NCBI GenBank assembly: GCA_947445855.1
Contig: CANFEH010000002.1
Span: 1-51,240 of the forward strand
Origin: Zetaproteobacteria bacterium
Lineage (GTDB): Bacteria > Bdellovibrionota_B > Oligoflexia > Oligoflexales > Bog-1112
Direction: 5' to 3'
DNA length: 51,240 nt
Part shown: piece after piece, positions 26,319 to 35,989 of the stretch
Position numbering within the stretch: the stretch's first letter is position 1
Layout: every line of letters starts with the position of its first letter
The notes under the pieces: generated by a model
What the model was told of the DNA's origin: nothing
What the model saw: only the letters and a program-made list of their open reading frames with translations
The model's database searches: none
Translations under genes and position numbers: made by a program

Positions 26319-27119
26319 ATGCAAAAGATTCTCTTTTTATTTGGTCTATTTTCTTATTTTTCTTTTAACTTGCTCGCTACTAAAGAAAGCACTTTTGTGA
26401 TTGGGTCCATTGGGGATTCTGTAACTACAGCAAATAACGCAAGAAGCTGGGGAGATAACGAAGGAACAAACTGGAGTACAGGGCACATTGACCGTTATGG
26501 TGTTAAAAGCCACTACCAAAGACTCACAAGCTTTTTAAAAAACCAAGAAGTCATAGCTGTAAATGTAGCTGCTTCAGGATCTACATCAGCTGATATAGGT
26601 CTCCAAGTTGATGCTCTACTACAGAATAACCCTAACTACGTGACTCTTCTTGTTGGTGGAAATGACGCTTGTAGTTGGTCTAGCAATTATGAAAGAAACC
26701 TAGATGTCTTCAAAACAAGAATTGAAAACGCTATTGTCAAACTGATCAACCACAATTTTGGGATTAAAATTCTTCTTGTTTCAGTCCCTAATATGTACCA
26801 CCTTTGGCAACTTGGACGAAATGATTGTGGATGGCTTTGGGATTTAAGTGGAACTTGCCCCGATCTCTTAAGTTCTTATTCAACAGAAAGTGATCGATCT
26901 TCTTTTGTCAATCGACTGAGTGAAATCAATAAAACCTTCATAGAACTACAACAAAAATATTCTACTCACGTGAAACATGATGCCAGTGTGGCCAGTTATA
27001 AATTTGAAAAAGAAGACGTTTCAACAAAAGACTGCTTCCACCCTTCTCTTAAAGGACAGAGCAAACTAGCTGAAATCACTTGGGGGCATTCTTGGTTCTC
27101 TAAACCTTTAAGAGACTAA
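26319..27119 (+). CDS. Secreted SGNH/GDSL-family hydrolase (lipase/esterase)
   Basis: Signal peptide. Block I IGDSVT, block III GGNDAC, block V DCFHP (DxxH). Confidence 0.8.
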   Translation: MQKILFLFGLFSYFSFNLLATKESTFVIGSIGDSVTTANNARSWGDNEGTNWSTGHIDRYGVKSHYQRLTSFLKNQEVIAVNVAASGSTSADIGLQVDALLQNNPNYVTLLVGGNDACSWSSNYERNLDVFKTRIENAIVKLINHNFGIKILLVSVPNMYHLWQLGRNDCGWLWDLSGTCPDLLSSYSTESDRSSFVNRLSEINKTFIELQQKYSTHVKHDASVASYKFEKEDVSTKDCFHPSLKGQSKLAEITWGHSWFSKPLRD

Positions 27120-28686
27120 GAACTGTTTCACTACCAAGTTCTTTAATAAAACCTGGAAGCCTTGGGCCTTTATCTTTTCCAACAAGACATTGATAAAGGG
27201 CTTGAAAGACATCTTTAGATTCACAGCTTACTTGATTAACTACATGTTCCCAAAGCAGCTCATTAATTACTTTGGAGTCTAAAGATTCAAGATCTGTTTT
27301 TGCTAGCCACTCATAACAGAGCTTAACAGCTTTTTCTTGCTCTTCTGAAAAAACAAAATCAAGCGCTCCTTCTCTCAGAGTGTAGCGAAAATCTCCTGTG
27401 GCATGATGAGTTACCCAGTACCACGCCCTCACAGCTCTTGGTTCAAAAACACTCCAATCATGACCTTCTTCTGCATAGTACTTCTCAAAAGCTCTTTTTA
27501 AGTTTCCATTACAAATTTGAAGACGATTAGAAAGCATTCTAAAAGAAGCTCTCTTCTTCACAGGAATGTTTTTAATATCCTCTGTCACAGAAGAAAGTTC
27601 ATAAACTCTTAAACTTGTTTTATCTTTATTATCAAGAGAGGGTTGATCTCTTAACTCAAAATATTTCGCTTCTAAACGATCAAACTCTTCATAAATTTTG
27701 AAGACATCCTCATCGAGAGCAATAGCAAAATCATGATTTGGTCTTTGAGAAACAAAAATCCATCTTAAAATTTCAGGTTCATAAACAGTTTCAAGATCAG
27801 AAAGGGTGTAGAGATCTCCTTTAGAAGAAGACATTTTTCCTCCACCACCCTTAATTTTTACAAAATCATATTGAAGATAAACAGGAGGTTCTCTATTCCA
27901 GAGTTCTTTAACAATTTTTTTACCTGTATCAAAAGAGCCACCTTCACTTGAGTGATCTTTTCCACCTGGCTCGAAATCTACTTTTTCATATGCCCATCTC
28001 ATTGGCCAATCAACACGCCAAATTAATTTTAAATTAGAGCTATCTTTGATCGCAAAAGTTTCTTTGTTATCACAATGACTACAGTGATAAGAGTAGTTTC
28101 CATTGCCTTTGTACTCTTGTGTATGCATGTCATCTTTTTTGCATTTAGAGCAATAAACAACTGTAGGAACCCAAGTGTCTGGCAGAGGTTCTGTTCGATG
28201 TTGATCTAAAATATCCTTGATCTTAGCTTTGTTTTCTAAAGCAAAAATCATATTTTCTGCGTAAGCGCCTTTAGCGTATTCGCTCTCTTGATAAATAAAC
28301 TCTGGAGCAATTCCCACTGTGTCTAATTCTTTTTCAAAAATTTTACAGCGGCCATCAGAGTAAGAAGCAGCTTGTCCCCATGGATCTGGAATACGAGCAA
28401 TAGACTCTCTCAAATATTTTTCAAAAACTTCTGGATTAGGAAGATCGGCTGGAACTTTTCTGAAAGTATCAAAATTATCCCAACTGTATATAAATCGCAC
28501 TTTCTTACCAAGCTTTCTCAAAGCTCTAGCGACTAAGTCTACTGTGATGACTTCTCTAAAATTTCCAAAGTGCACATTCCCGCTCGGAGTTATTCCACTT
28601 GCAAGAGTGTAGATCTCTTTGTCACCTTGTTCTCTTATAATTTTCATAGCAGCAATATCAGCCCAATGGGTAGAAACTGGTTGCAT
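27100..28686 (-). CDS. lysK: Lysine--tRNA ligase, class I
   Basis: HIGH-type motif HFGNFRE and KMSKS-type KMSSSKG. N-terminal THWADIAAMKII resembles spirochaete/archaeal class I LysRS. I prefer the ATG at 28686 over the TTG at 28713. Confidence 0.9.
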   Translation of the reverse strand: MQPVSTHWADIAAMKIIREQGDKEIYTLASGITPSGNVHFGNFREVITVDLVARALRKLGKKVRFIYSWDNFDTFRKVPADLPNPEVFEKYLRESIARIPDPWGQAASYSDGRCKIFEKELDTVGIAPEFIYQESEYAKGAYAENMIFALENKAKIKDILDQHRTEPLPDTWVPTVVYCSKCKKDDMHTQEYKGNGNYSYHCSHCDNKETFAIKDSSNLKLIWRVDWPMRWAYEKVDFEPGGKDHSSEGGSFDTGKKIVKELWNREPPVYLQYDFVKIKGGGGKMSSSKGDLYTLSDLETVYEPEILRWIFVSQRPNHDFAIALDEDVFKIYEEFDRLEAKYFELRDQPSLDNKDKTSLRVYELSSVTEDIKNIPVKKRASFRMLSNRLQICNGNLKRAFEKYYAEEGHDWSVFEPRAVRAWYWVTHHATGDFRYTLREGALDFVFSEEQEKAVKLCYEWLAKTDLESLDSKVINELLWEHVVNQVSCESKDVFQALYQCLVGKDKGPRLPGFIKELGSETVLSLLKV

Positions 28687-28820
28687 CTTCCTTGCCTTTC
28701 TGTCAAATCTCAAAAGAGTCTTCTATAACGCTTTAACATAATTCAAAATTAGAGGAAATAGCCCTAAGGGCTTGGGAAACGCCATTCTAACACAATAATT
28801 ATACCGAGGATAGATAGAAT

Positions 28821-30968
28821 ATGTTTAGACTTTTTCTAACAACAATCGTTCTAAGCCTCAGTGCTACCACTTACTTTTTTTTCTTATCCCAAAAAGGAGA
28901 TGCCCCTATGACAACAAGTACTGCAAAAGGTTCCCCTGCTGAACCAATCGCTCTCAAAAAAGAAAAGATCTTAGAAATCCATGGGGACAAAAGGATTGAC
29001 CCATACTTCTGGATGAATGAAAGAGATTCAGAACCTGTTCTTAGTTATTTAAAAGAAGAAAACAATTACCTTGAAACAATTCTTTCAAACAAAAAAACTT
29101 TACGAAATAAACTTTTTGAAGAGATGAAAGCACGCACTGTAAAAAAAGACTCTAGCGTTCCTTACCATGAAGGAAGCTACTATTATTATTCAAGAATGGA
29201 GGAAGAGTCCAATCATCCTCTTTATTGCCGCAAGAAAGAATCTCTCCAGAGCTTAGAAGAAATTATTTTAAATACAGACGAATTAGCAAAAAACTATAGT
29301 TATTTTGATTTAGGAGATGTGGAAGTATCTCCTAGCGAAACACTTCTTGCTTATTCTCAGGACACACAAAGTCGTAGAATTTTTTCTATTTCTATTGAAA
29401 ATTTATTAACGAAAACAACAGAAGACAGTGTGATTTCAGGCGCTAGTGGAGATTTTATTTGGGGCCCAGATAGCAAGATTCTCTACTACAATAAAAGAGA
29501 TTTAAACACTCTAAGATCTTCCGAACTATGGAGCTATAACTTAGAAACAAAAAAACATGAAAAACTATTTTTCGAAGAAGACACAACTTTTTCTATCCAT
29601 CTTTCAAAGAGTCGCTCAAAACGCTATCTTTTCCTTTTCTCAAATAGCACACTGACAACAGAAGTTAGATTCTTAGACCTCACAGACAAAGAGTCTTCTC
29701 TTAAGGTTTTTTCACAAAGAAAACGAGGTGTTGAATATGAAATAGAAGACGGGGGAGATCGCTTTTATATTCTTACAAATCTTAACAACAAAAATTTTTC
29801 TTTCATGGAAACCACACTAGAAAAAACAAATCTAGAAAACTGGAAAGAAGTTTTATCGGTAGAACCAGAAGTTTTCTTGAAAGATATAGAAGTTTTTGAA
29901 TCCTTTGTTGCACTTAGAGAATCTCACGAAGGACTTCTTAAAATTAAACTGCTTGACAGAAAAACAAATAAAACAAGCTATCTTCCTACAAAAGAAGAAC
30001 CTTATAAAATTAGTTTTTCTATGAATCCAAGTTACTCAGGAAAAACTCTTCGTTACTCTTATGAATCCATGACAACTCCTTACAGTATTTTAGAATACGA
30101 TTTAACAAAAAAAGAAACTAAAGTTCTAAAAACAAAAGAAGTTCTTGGGGATTTTTCTTCTGAGAACTATGTGTCAAAAAGAGTTTTTGCAACAGCAAGA
30201 GATGGTGCACTTGTTCCTATTTCAATAGTCCATAGAAAAGATTTAAAAATCACAAATAAAACACCTCTTCTTCAATATGGTTATGGAGCTTACGGGATCA
30301 CAATAGATCCTTCTTTTTCTTCCGAGAGACTAAGCCTTCTTGATAGAGGTTTTGTTTATGCAATTTCTCACATTAGAGGTTCTTCTTACAAAGGACGTGC
30401 TTGGTATGAGTCTGGAAAAATGTCTCAGAAAAAAAATACTTTCTATGACTTTATCGATTGCAGCAAATTTTTAATCTCTGAAGGCTACACATCAAAAGAG
30501 CATCTATATGCCATGGGTGGAAGTGCAGGCGGACTACTCATGGGAGCCGTCACTAATATGGCTCCAGAACTTTATAAAGGAGTTGTTGCAATTGTTCCTT
30601 TCGTAGATGTTCTGACATCTATGCTTGATGACACTATTCCACTTACAACATTTGAGTACGATGAATGGGGAAATCCTAATAAAAAAGATGAGTATGATTA
30701 TATGAAATCTTACTCTCCTTATGACAATGTCACAGAACAAGAGTATCCAAACCTTCTTGTCATCACAGGTTATCACGACTCTCAAGTACAGTATTGGGAA
30801 CCAGCAAAATGGGTTGCAAAACTAAGGGACAAAAGAAAAGGAAATAATCTTCTTCTCTTTTACACAGACTTAAATGCTGGTCATAGCGGAGCTTCTGGCA
30901 GGTTTGATCATCTAAAAGATATCGCTCTTTATTATAGCTTCCTCTTGCATTTAGAGGGGCATTCTTAG
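28821..30968 (+). CDS. ptrB: Oligopeptidase B / protease II (S9A prolyl oligopeptidase family)
   Basis: Catalytic GGSAGGLLMG, a C-terminal Asp/His region (TGYHDSQV, AGHSGA) and an N-terminal propeller region. A second candidate start, ATG 28908, lies 9 nt after AAGGAG and would remove a hydrophobic N-terminal segment. Confidence 0.9.
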   Translation: MFRLFLTTIVLSLSATTYFFFLSQKGDAPMTTSTAKGSPAEPIALKKEKILEIHGDKRIDPYFWMNERDSEPVLSYLKEENNYLETILSNKKTLRNKLFEEMKARTVKKDSSVPYHEGSYYYYSRMEEESNHPLYCRKKESLQSLEEIILNTDELAKNYSYFDLGDVEVSPSETLLAYSQDTQSRRIFSISIENLLTKTTEDSVISGASGDFIWGPDSKILYYNKRDLNTLRSSELWSYNLETKKHEKLFFEEDTTFSIHLSKSRSKRYLFLFSNSTLTTEVRFLDLTDKESSLKVFSQRKRGVEYEIEDGGDRFYILTNLNNKNFSFMETTLEKTNLENWKEVLSVEPEVFLKDIEVFESFVALRESHEGLLKIKLLDRKTNKTSYLPTKEEPYKISFSMNPSYSGKTLRYSYESMTTPYSILEYDLTKKETKVLKTKEVLGDFSSENYVSKRVFATARDGALVPISIVHRKDLKITNKTPLLQYGYGAYGITIDPSFSSERLSLLDRGFVYAISHIRGSSYKGRAWYESGKMSQKKNTFYDFIDCSKFLISEGYTSKEHLYAMGGSAGGLLMGAVTNMAPELYKGVVAIVPFVDVLTSMLDDTIPLTTFEYDEWGNPNKKDEYDYMKSYSPYDNVTEQEYPNLLVITGYHDSQVQYWEPAKWVAKLRDKRKGNNLLLFYTDLNAGHSGASGRFDHLKDIALYYSFLLHLEGHS

Positions 30969-31009
30969 ATTAAACAAGAACTTTAAACGTTTGTTTTTGA
31001 GGAATTCAA

Positions 31010-31504
31010 ATGCCATCAAACCTCCACTACCGCTATATTCTTTCTCTTGGGTCTAACCTAGGAGACAGAAAAGAAAACTGTAAACAAGGTTTAGAAGGTT
31101 TAAGTTTTTTTGGAAAAATTATTTTATCTTCTAGTTTGATAGAAACACCACCTTTGAAATCAGAAATTTATCCAAACTTAAAAGAAGATAACTATCTAAA
31201 CCAGGTTTGTGATCTTGCCTCTTCTTATCAGCCCTATGAACTCTATAAAAAAATTGTAAGTCTTGAAGATAGAATTGGGCATTCGAGAGAAAGAAAATGG
31301 CTTCCAAGAGAACTCGATGTGGATATCCTTTTATGGGCTCAGAATGATGACCCTTTTTTTTCTAAATGCAGTCTTCTTTCTTATAAAAAAAATTCACTTA
31401 TAATTCCTCACTGCGGGCTTCTTGAAAGAGACTTTCTTCTGACACTTTGTGAAAACTACCTAGACTTTTCGCCAAAAAAACTTCTTTCCCAGAAGGGAAA
31501 ATAA
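31010..31504 (+). CDS. folK: 2-amino-4-hydroxy-6-hydroxymethyldihydropteridine diphosphokinase (HPPK)
   Basis: LSLGSNLGDR, ETPP, RKWLPRELDVDILLW and IIPHCGLLERDFLL blocks. 164 aa. Confidence 0.85.
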   Translation: MPSNLHYRYILSLGSNLGDRKENCKQGLEGLSFFGKIILSSSLIETPPLKSEIYPNLKEDNYLNQVCDLASSYQPYELYKKIVSLEDRIGHSRERKWLPRELDVDILLWAQNDDPFFSKCSLLSYKKNSLIIPHCGLLERDFLLTLCENYLDFSPKKLLSQKGK

Positions 31505-31557
31505 AAAAACCTGTATTTTTAAAATCTTACTCATTTGGAATCAGAAAAGAACACCGC

Positions 31558-31586
31558 TTGAGTTTTGGGCTCATCTTTGATAGAAT
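31558..31586 (+). promoter_or_regulatory. Sigma70-like promoter TTGAGT-17 nt-TAGAAT upstream of dnaJ
   Basis: TTGAGT at 31558-31563, 17-nt spacer, TAGAAT at 31581-31586. Three TAGCTCTT direct repeats follow immediately. Confidence 0.45.
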
Positions 31587-31704
31587 CCTAGCTCTTAGCT
31601 CTTAAAATTAGCTCTTTGGGACTTGTCAATTGAGTCTTCTTGAGCTTAACTTTTTAGAAAATTTGGCATTTTCTTGCTTGAAAAAAAAGGTAAGCAAAAA
31701 AAAT

Positions 31705-32826
31705 ATGAGTACTCACAAAGAAGATTATTACGTTTTACTAGAAATCGAAAGAAATGCAGACGGCTCAACTATCAAGCGAGCCTATAGAAAAAAAGCACTG
31801 CAGTACCATCCTGATAAAAATCAGGATGACAAAGCAGCAGAAGAAAAATTTAAAGCTGTTTCTGAAGCCTATGAAGTTTTAAGCGATACCCAAAAAAGAC
31901 AGATTTATGATCAGTTTGGTCATGATGGCTTATCTGGGCAGGGATATCACGGTCCCCAAGACCCTAGTGATATCTTCTCTAGCTTTGGAAGTATTTTTGA
32001 AGATTTTTTTGGTTTCTCCTCAGAGGGGGGAGGCTCTAAAAAAACGAGGCGAGGAAAAGATCTTCAATACGACCTCACCCTCGAGTTTAAAGAAGCTGTT
32101 TTTGGTGTAAAAAAAGACATCAGTTTTTACAAACAAACAAGTTGTGAGCCTTGCTCAGGGTCAGGAGCTAAAAAAGGCACAAGCCCTGTAACCTGTACAT
32201 CTTGTAAAGGCTCTGGCCAAACAAGACAAACTCAAGGCTTTTTCAGCGTTATGATGGAGTGTTATAGCTGCAGAGGCACAGGAAAAAAAATTAAAGAATT
32301 CTGCCCAGAGTGTCACGGAGCAGGCGCTGTAAGCAAAAAGAAAACTTTAGAAATAAAAGTCCCTGCTGGTATTAGCGATGGTGTCCGCCTAAGAGTCAGC
32401 GGAGAAGGGGAAACAGCTCCTCAAGGTCAAAGTGGAGACCTTTATGTTTTCATCACTGTCAAAGAAAGCAAAGACTTCCTAAGAGATGGCAATGATATTT
32501 ATCTGGACTATCCTCTAAGCTGTATCCAAGCAAGCCTAGGCTGCAAAGTTCAAGTAGAAACACTAGACTCCAAAGAAACTTTCACAATCCCTGCAGGTTC
32601 TCAACATGGAGAAACCTTTAAACTAAAAGATAAAGGAGTTCCATCTCTCAGAAGTCGCGGGAGAGGGGACTTTTTCTTACGCCTCCACATCACGGTCCCT
32701 AAGAAATTAAGCAAAGAAGAAAAGACTCATTTAGAAAATTATGCCAAGGCTTCAGGACTTCCCTTCGGAAATGATGTCGAGAAAAAGAAACCTTCTTCTG
32801 GTTTTTTCCAAAGAATTTTTGAATAA
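31705..32826 (+). CDS. dnaJ: Molecular chaperone DnaJ (type I Hsp40)
   Basis: J domain with HPDKN. Gly/Phe-rich linker. Four CxxCxGxG zinc-finger repeats ([32 protein letters not shown]). I prefer the ATG at 31705 over the TTG at 31630. Confidence 0.95.
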   Translation: MSTHKEDYYVLLEIERNADGSTIKRAYRKKALQYHPDKNQDDKAAEEKFKAVSEAYEVLSDTQKRQIYDQFGHDGLSGQGYHGPQDPSDIFSSFGSIFEDFFGFSSEGGGSKKTRRGKDLQYDLTLEFKEAVFGVKKDISFYKQTSCEPCSGSGAKKGTSPVTCTSCKGSGQTRQTQGFFSVMMECYSCRGTGKKIKEFCPECHGAGAVSKKKTLEIKVPAGISDGVRLRVSGEGETAPQGQSGDLYVFITVKESKDFLRDGNDIYLDYPLSCIQASLGCKVQVETLDSKETFTIPAGSQHGETFKLKDKGVPSLRSRGRGDFFLRLHITVPKKLSKEEKTHLENYAKASGLPFGNDVEKKKPSSGFFQRIFE

Positions 32827-32931
32827 TTTCCACATTGATGCGAATTAAAAAATAAAAATTTTATGCTAAAATAAATAAACGCTAAAAATCTCTTAAACCG
32901 AAGAGACAACACACTCGTGGAGAATTTTTTT

Positions 32932-34287
32932 ATGACCCTAAAAAATATTTTTTCCTCTTTTATTTTTTTTCTTTTCTTAATGGCCTCATCACTCCCTGCT
33001 GAAGAAGTTTTAAAAAAAGCACCTCAAAAACAAAATTTACAATCAACACCTAAAAAAACACTTGAAGAACTGGCACTCGAAAAAATACAAGCTGAAACTA
33101 AAAAACTACAAGCTGAAGAAGATTTAAAATCATTAAAATTTAGACAATCTATTGCTAATGAAAAACAGAAGCTTGAAGCACTAGAAGTTAAAGCTGCTCT
33201 TGAAAAAAAAGAAAAAGAAAACTCCAAAAAAGCTCAACAAGAAGATTTTGAAAAAATAGATTTAGAGTTAATGGCTTCTCAAAAAAAACACACACTAGCC
33301 ACACAGAAACTCAAAGAAGAAATTGAACTCCTATCTCTAAAAAATCAGCTTCTTTTAGAAAAATATAAAGAAGAATCTCAAGTCTTAGCTGATATGCAGC
33401 TCAGAGCAAATATGGACCGAGAAAAACTCCTCTTAACTCAAATGTTAAGTGAAATTAAAAATAAAGATCTAGAACAAAATCTAAAACTTCGCATACAAAA
33501 GGAAGCTTGGAATAGTCAAACAAACAAAGAAATAGAATACCCTCTTAACCCTATTGGAAATGATGTTCTAAGAATCAGCGACCGAAGAATAGAACTCAAT
33601 GGAGTTATTATTTATGGGGTTGCTGACTACATCACAGAACGCATTCATTTTTTTAATAACAAATCTAAAACAGCTCCTATCTTTATTGTTATTGGACGCT
33701 CACCTGGAGGTTCTGTGATGGAAGGTTACAGAATTTTAAAGGCAATGGCTTCAAGTGAAGCTCCCATTCATGTTCTTGTTAAATCTTTTGCAGCTAGCAT
33801 GTCTGCTGTTATCACATCCTTAGCTGATGAATCTTATGCTTATGATAACGCTATTATTTTGCATCACCAACTCTCAGGGGTAAAGTATGGAAACGTAGCA
33901 GAACAAAAAAAATCTCTTGAGTTATTCCAAGAGTGGGGAAAACGCCTTCATGAACCAGTAGCAAAGAAAATGGGGATTTCTTTAGAAAGTTTTTACAAAA
34001 AAATGTATGAACATGACCCAATGGGTAACTGGGAAGAGTTTGCTGACAAAGCTAAAAAACTCCGTTGGGTAAACCACCTTGTAGATCGAGTACAAGAAGA
34101 AAGCTACAATGAAAATCCAAACACAGAGAGTTACCTTGCAAAGAAAAAAATAGAACAAATAAACTTTGCTCTTTGGAATGGTAAAAATATAGATGACAAA
34201 GGAAAAACAAAAGCTCAGATGAGCTTGCCAAAGCTAGATGCTTTTGATTTTTACTTTATTCATAACAATGACCAGTATCAATGGTAA
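32932..34287 (+). CDS. Exported ClpP-fold (S14-like) serine protease with a long N-terminal coiled coil
   Basis: Signal peptide MTLKNIFSSFIFFLFLMASSLPA. About 180 aa of heptad-like E/K/L/Q-rich sequence. ClpP-like core IGRSPGGSVMEGYRILKAM...FAASMSAVI...IILHHQLSG with Ser and His in the ClpP catalytic positions. Confidence 0.7.
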   Translation: MTLKNIFSSFIFFLFLMASSLPAEEVLKKAPQKQNLQSTPKKTLEELALEKIQAETKKLQAEEDLKSLKFRQSIANEKQKLEALEVKAALEKKEKENSKKAQQEDFEKIDLELMASQKKHTLATQKLKEEIELLSLKNQLLLEKYKEESQVLADMQLRANMDREKLLLTQMLSEIKNKDLEQNLKLRIQKEAWNSQTNKEIEYPLNPIGNDVLRISDRRIELNGVIIYGVADYITERIHFFNNKSKTAPIFIVIGRSPGGSVMEGYRILKAMASSEAPIHVLVKSFAASMSAVITSLADESYAYDNAIILHHQLSGVKYGNVAEQKKSLELFQEWGKRLHEPVAKKMGISLESFYKKMYEHDPMGNWEEFADKAKKLRWVNHLVDRVQEESYNENPNTESYLAKKKIEQINFALWNGKNIDDKGKTKAQMSLPKLDAFDFYFIHNNDQYQW

Positions 34288-34288
34288 A

Positions 34289-35827
34289 TCACTTCTTTAA
34301 AAAAGAATTTACTATAGCACTAAACACAACACCAAAAGGCTTCCTAAGAGGCTCATGACTAAAAGCATACGGGCTATACTCTCTTTGTTTTGCATTAATT
34401 CCTCTTGTTTCTAGAACAACAAAGCTTGGTAGCAATGAATCTTGAACCCCAGAGTTAGGCACAAAAGTAAAAATTTTATCTTCTTCAGGAACATCTTTTA
34501 CTTTTCTCACTAATTTAAAAATACTTAAATCATAAATGAAGGACTGTTTTCTTATAGAGTAAATAAACTCTAAAACTTTACTTCTCTCCCCACGAGCACC
34601 CCTCTGAGAAAGAATCTCAGCTAATTGAAACACTGTCTTTGGTAATACACCACAAAGATCTTTGAAGGTTAAATTATACTGATTAAGAGCTCTTGCACAA
34701 TTGAAAGGGTTTTCTTTTATAACACCTTTCACTGAGAGAACACCTGTGGGAACTCCATCTTCATCTCTTCTAGCGTGTAAATTCATAAGAGCAAAATCAA
34801 GAACAAGAAACAGAGGAATCAATTCTTCATCAGAGGGCCTATTTTCTTTACGAATACCACGAAGAATTTTTTCTAATTCACTATATAAAATAGCGATCCT
34901 CACACATGGATCATACTCTTTAAAATGAAATCTTTGCCCAGGTTGTGTTTTATAATTCTTTGAATTTTCTACTGCTGCTTGCAATAGAGGATCTTCAAGC
35001 CCTTTATAAGCTTGGGCAGAAGCGAGAACAATTAACTTTGAAACAAAATCTTCTAGTGTAAAATCTTTTAGAGGAGCGCCTAATGTCATAGACACATGCC
35101 AATCGACTGTTTCGATTTCAGTGACACCTGGTAGAAAACCTAGTTTATCTTGGTCTTTTTTGCTAGGATTTTCGTACTCAGGCTCTTCTAAAAAATCTTC
35201 CTGAATTTTAAATACATCTGGTTTTGTACTTTTTACCAATTCTCTATCGTTACTAAAAACTGTGAAGTTAACAGTCACTGATTTATATTGCTTTTTAAAT
35301 ATTTTACTGGCTTTGGTAATAGCAGATTTTAAAGAAGTTTTTTCCTCTACATTTTCTTTAAGAATTGTTAAAAAGTGAATAGCTTGCTTTAAGCTAAATG
35401 GTTCAAAACTTACAGAAAAAATTACCTTTTCATAACCCTCTGGATTAGATGAATCCCCACCAATGTTTGTGACCCCATTTTCCCACTCTTGCTTTGCAAA
35501 TCTCAAACCATAAGACTCGATTTCAAAACCAATACTAAATCCTTTTTTGCCCACAAAAGGTTTTGAAGGAATAAACTCAGGAGCAAAATGCCGACTAAGA
35601 CCTAACTTGCCCTCTGGTGTGAATCTTGCCACAAGCTCTGTGACACAGTTAATTGTCACTTTTTTCTCTGTTCTTATATCATCTTCAAAAAATTCTGCTG
35701 GCACAAACCCGTTTACCGATCTACCTTGTTTAGGACGAGATCCAGAAGCTGTCTCAGCTTGTTTTCTTTTGTGAGAAGACCCAAAACAAAATCCTGAAGA
35801 AACGAAATAGCAAAAAATAAATGACAT
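34289..35827 (-). CDS. Hypothetical secreted protein (about 512 aa), no recognised domain
   Basis: ATG at 35827 gives the signal-like MSFIFCYFVSSGFCFG. The ORF-track TTG at 35941 lies inside the upstream terminator T-tract and is unlikely. Confidence 0.55.
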   Translation of the reverse strand: MSFIFCYFVSSGFCFGSSHKRKQAETASGSRPKQGRSVNGFVPAEFFEDDIRTEKKVTINCVTELVARFTPEGKLGLSRHFAPEFIPSKPFVGKKGFSIGFEIESYGLRFAKQEWENGVTNIGGDSSNPEGYEKVIFSVSFEPFSLKQAIHFLTILKENVEEKTSLKSAITKASKIFKKQYKSVTVNFTVFSNDRELVKSTKPDVFKIQEDFLEEPEYENPSKKDQDKLGFLPGVTEIETVDWHVSMTLGAPLKDFTLEDFVSKLIVLASAQAYKGLEDPLLQAAVENSKNYKTQPGQRFHFKEYDPCVRIAILYSELEKILRGIRKENRPSDEELIPLFLVLDFALMNLHARRDEDGVPTGVLSVKGVIKENPFNCARALNQYNLTFKDLCGVLPKTVFQLAEILSQRGARGERSKVLEFIYSIRKQSFIYDLSIFKLVRKVKDVPEEDKIFTFVPNSGVQDSLLPSFVVLETRGINAKQREYSPYAFSHEPLRKPFGVVFSAIVNSFLKK

Positions 35828-35938
35828 AAATAAAAGCTTCACAATGCTTCTCTCTTTAATCAAAAAATTGGATGGTATTATTAATCGCGAGAAACTAACA
35901 CAAAAAGAATAAAAAAGGAATGAGGAAATAGATTTTTC

Positions 35939-35972
35939 CAAAAAAAATAAGCTAATAAAACTATTAGCTTAT
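35939..35972 (-). terminator. Intrinsic terminator of the peroxiredoxin gene
   Basis: Perfect 11-bp stem ATAAGCTAATA (35947-35957) / TATTAGCTTAT (35962-35972) with a 4-nt loop. Followed on the minus strand by T7. Confidence 0.8.
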
Positions 35973-35989
35973 CCGTAAATATCAAAAAT

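Noticed and set aside
31557-31640. Sigma32-type heat-shock promoter or CIRCE/HrcA operator upstream of dnaJ.
   Set aside because: CTTGAGT is present, but the CCCCAT-like element (CTCATCT) is only about 7 nt away, far from the 13-17 nt spacing required. No TTAGCACTC-N9-GAGTGCTAA inverted repeat exists. The same bases fit a sigma70 TTGAGT-17-TAGAAT promoter better.
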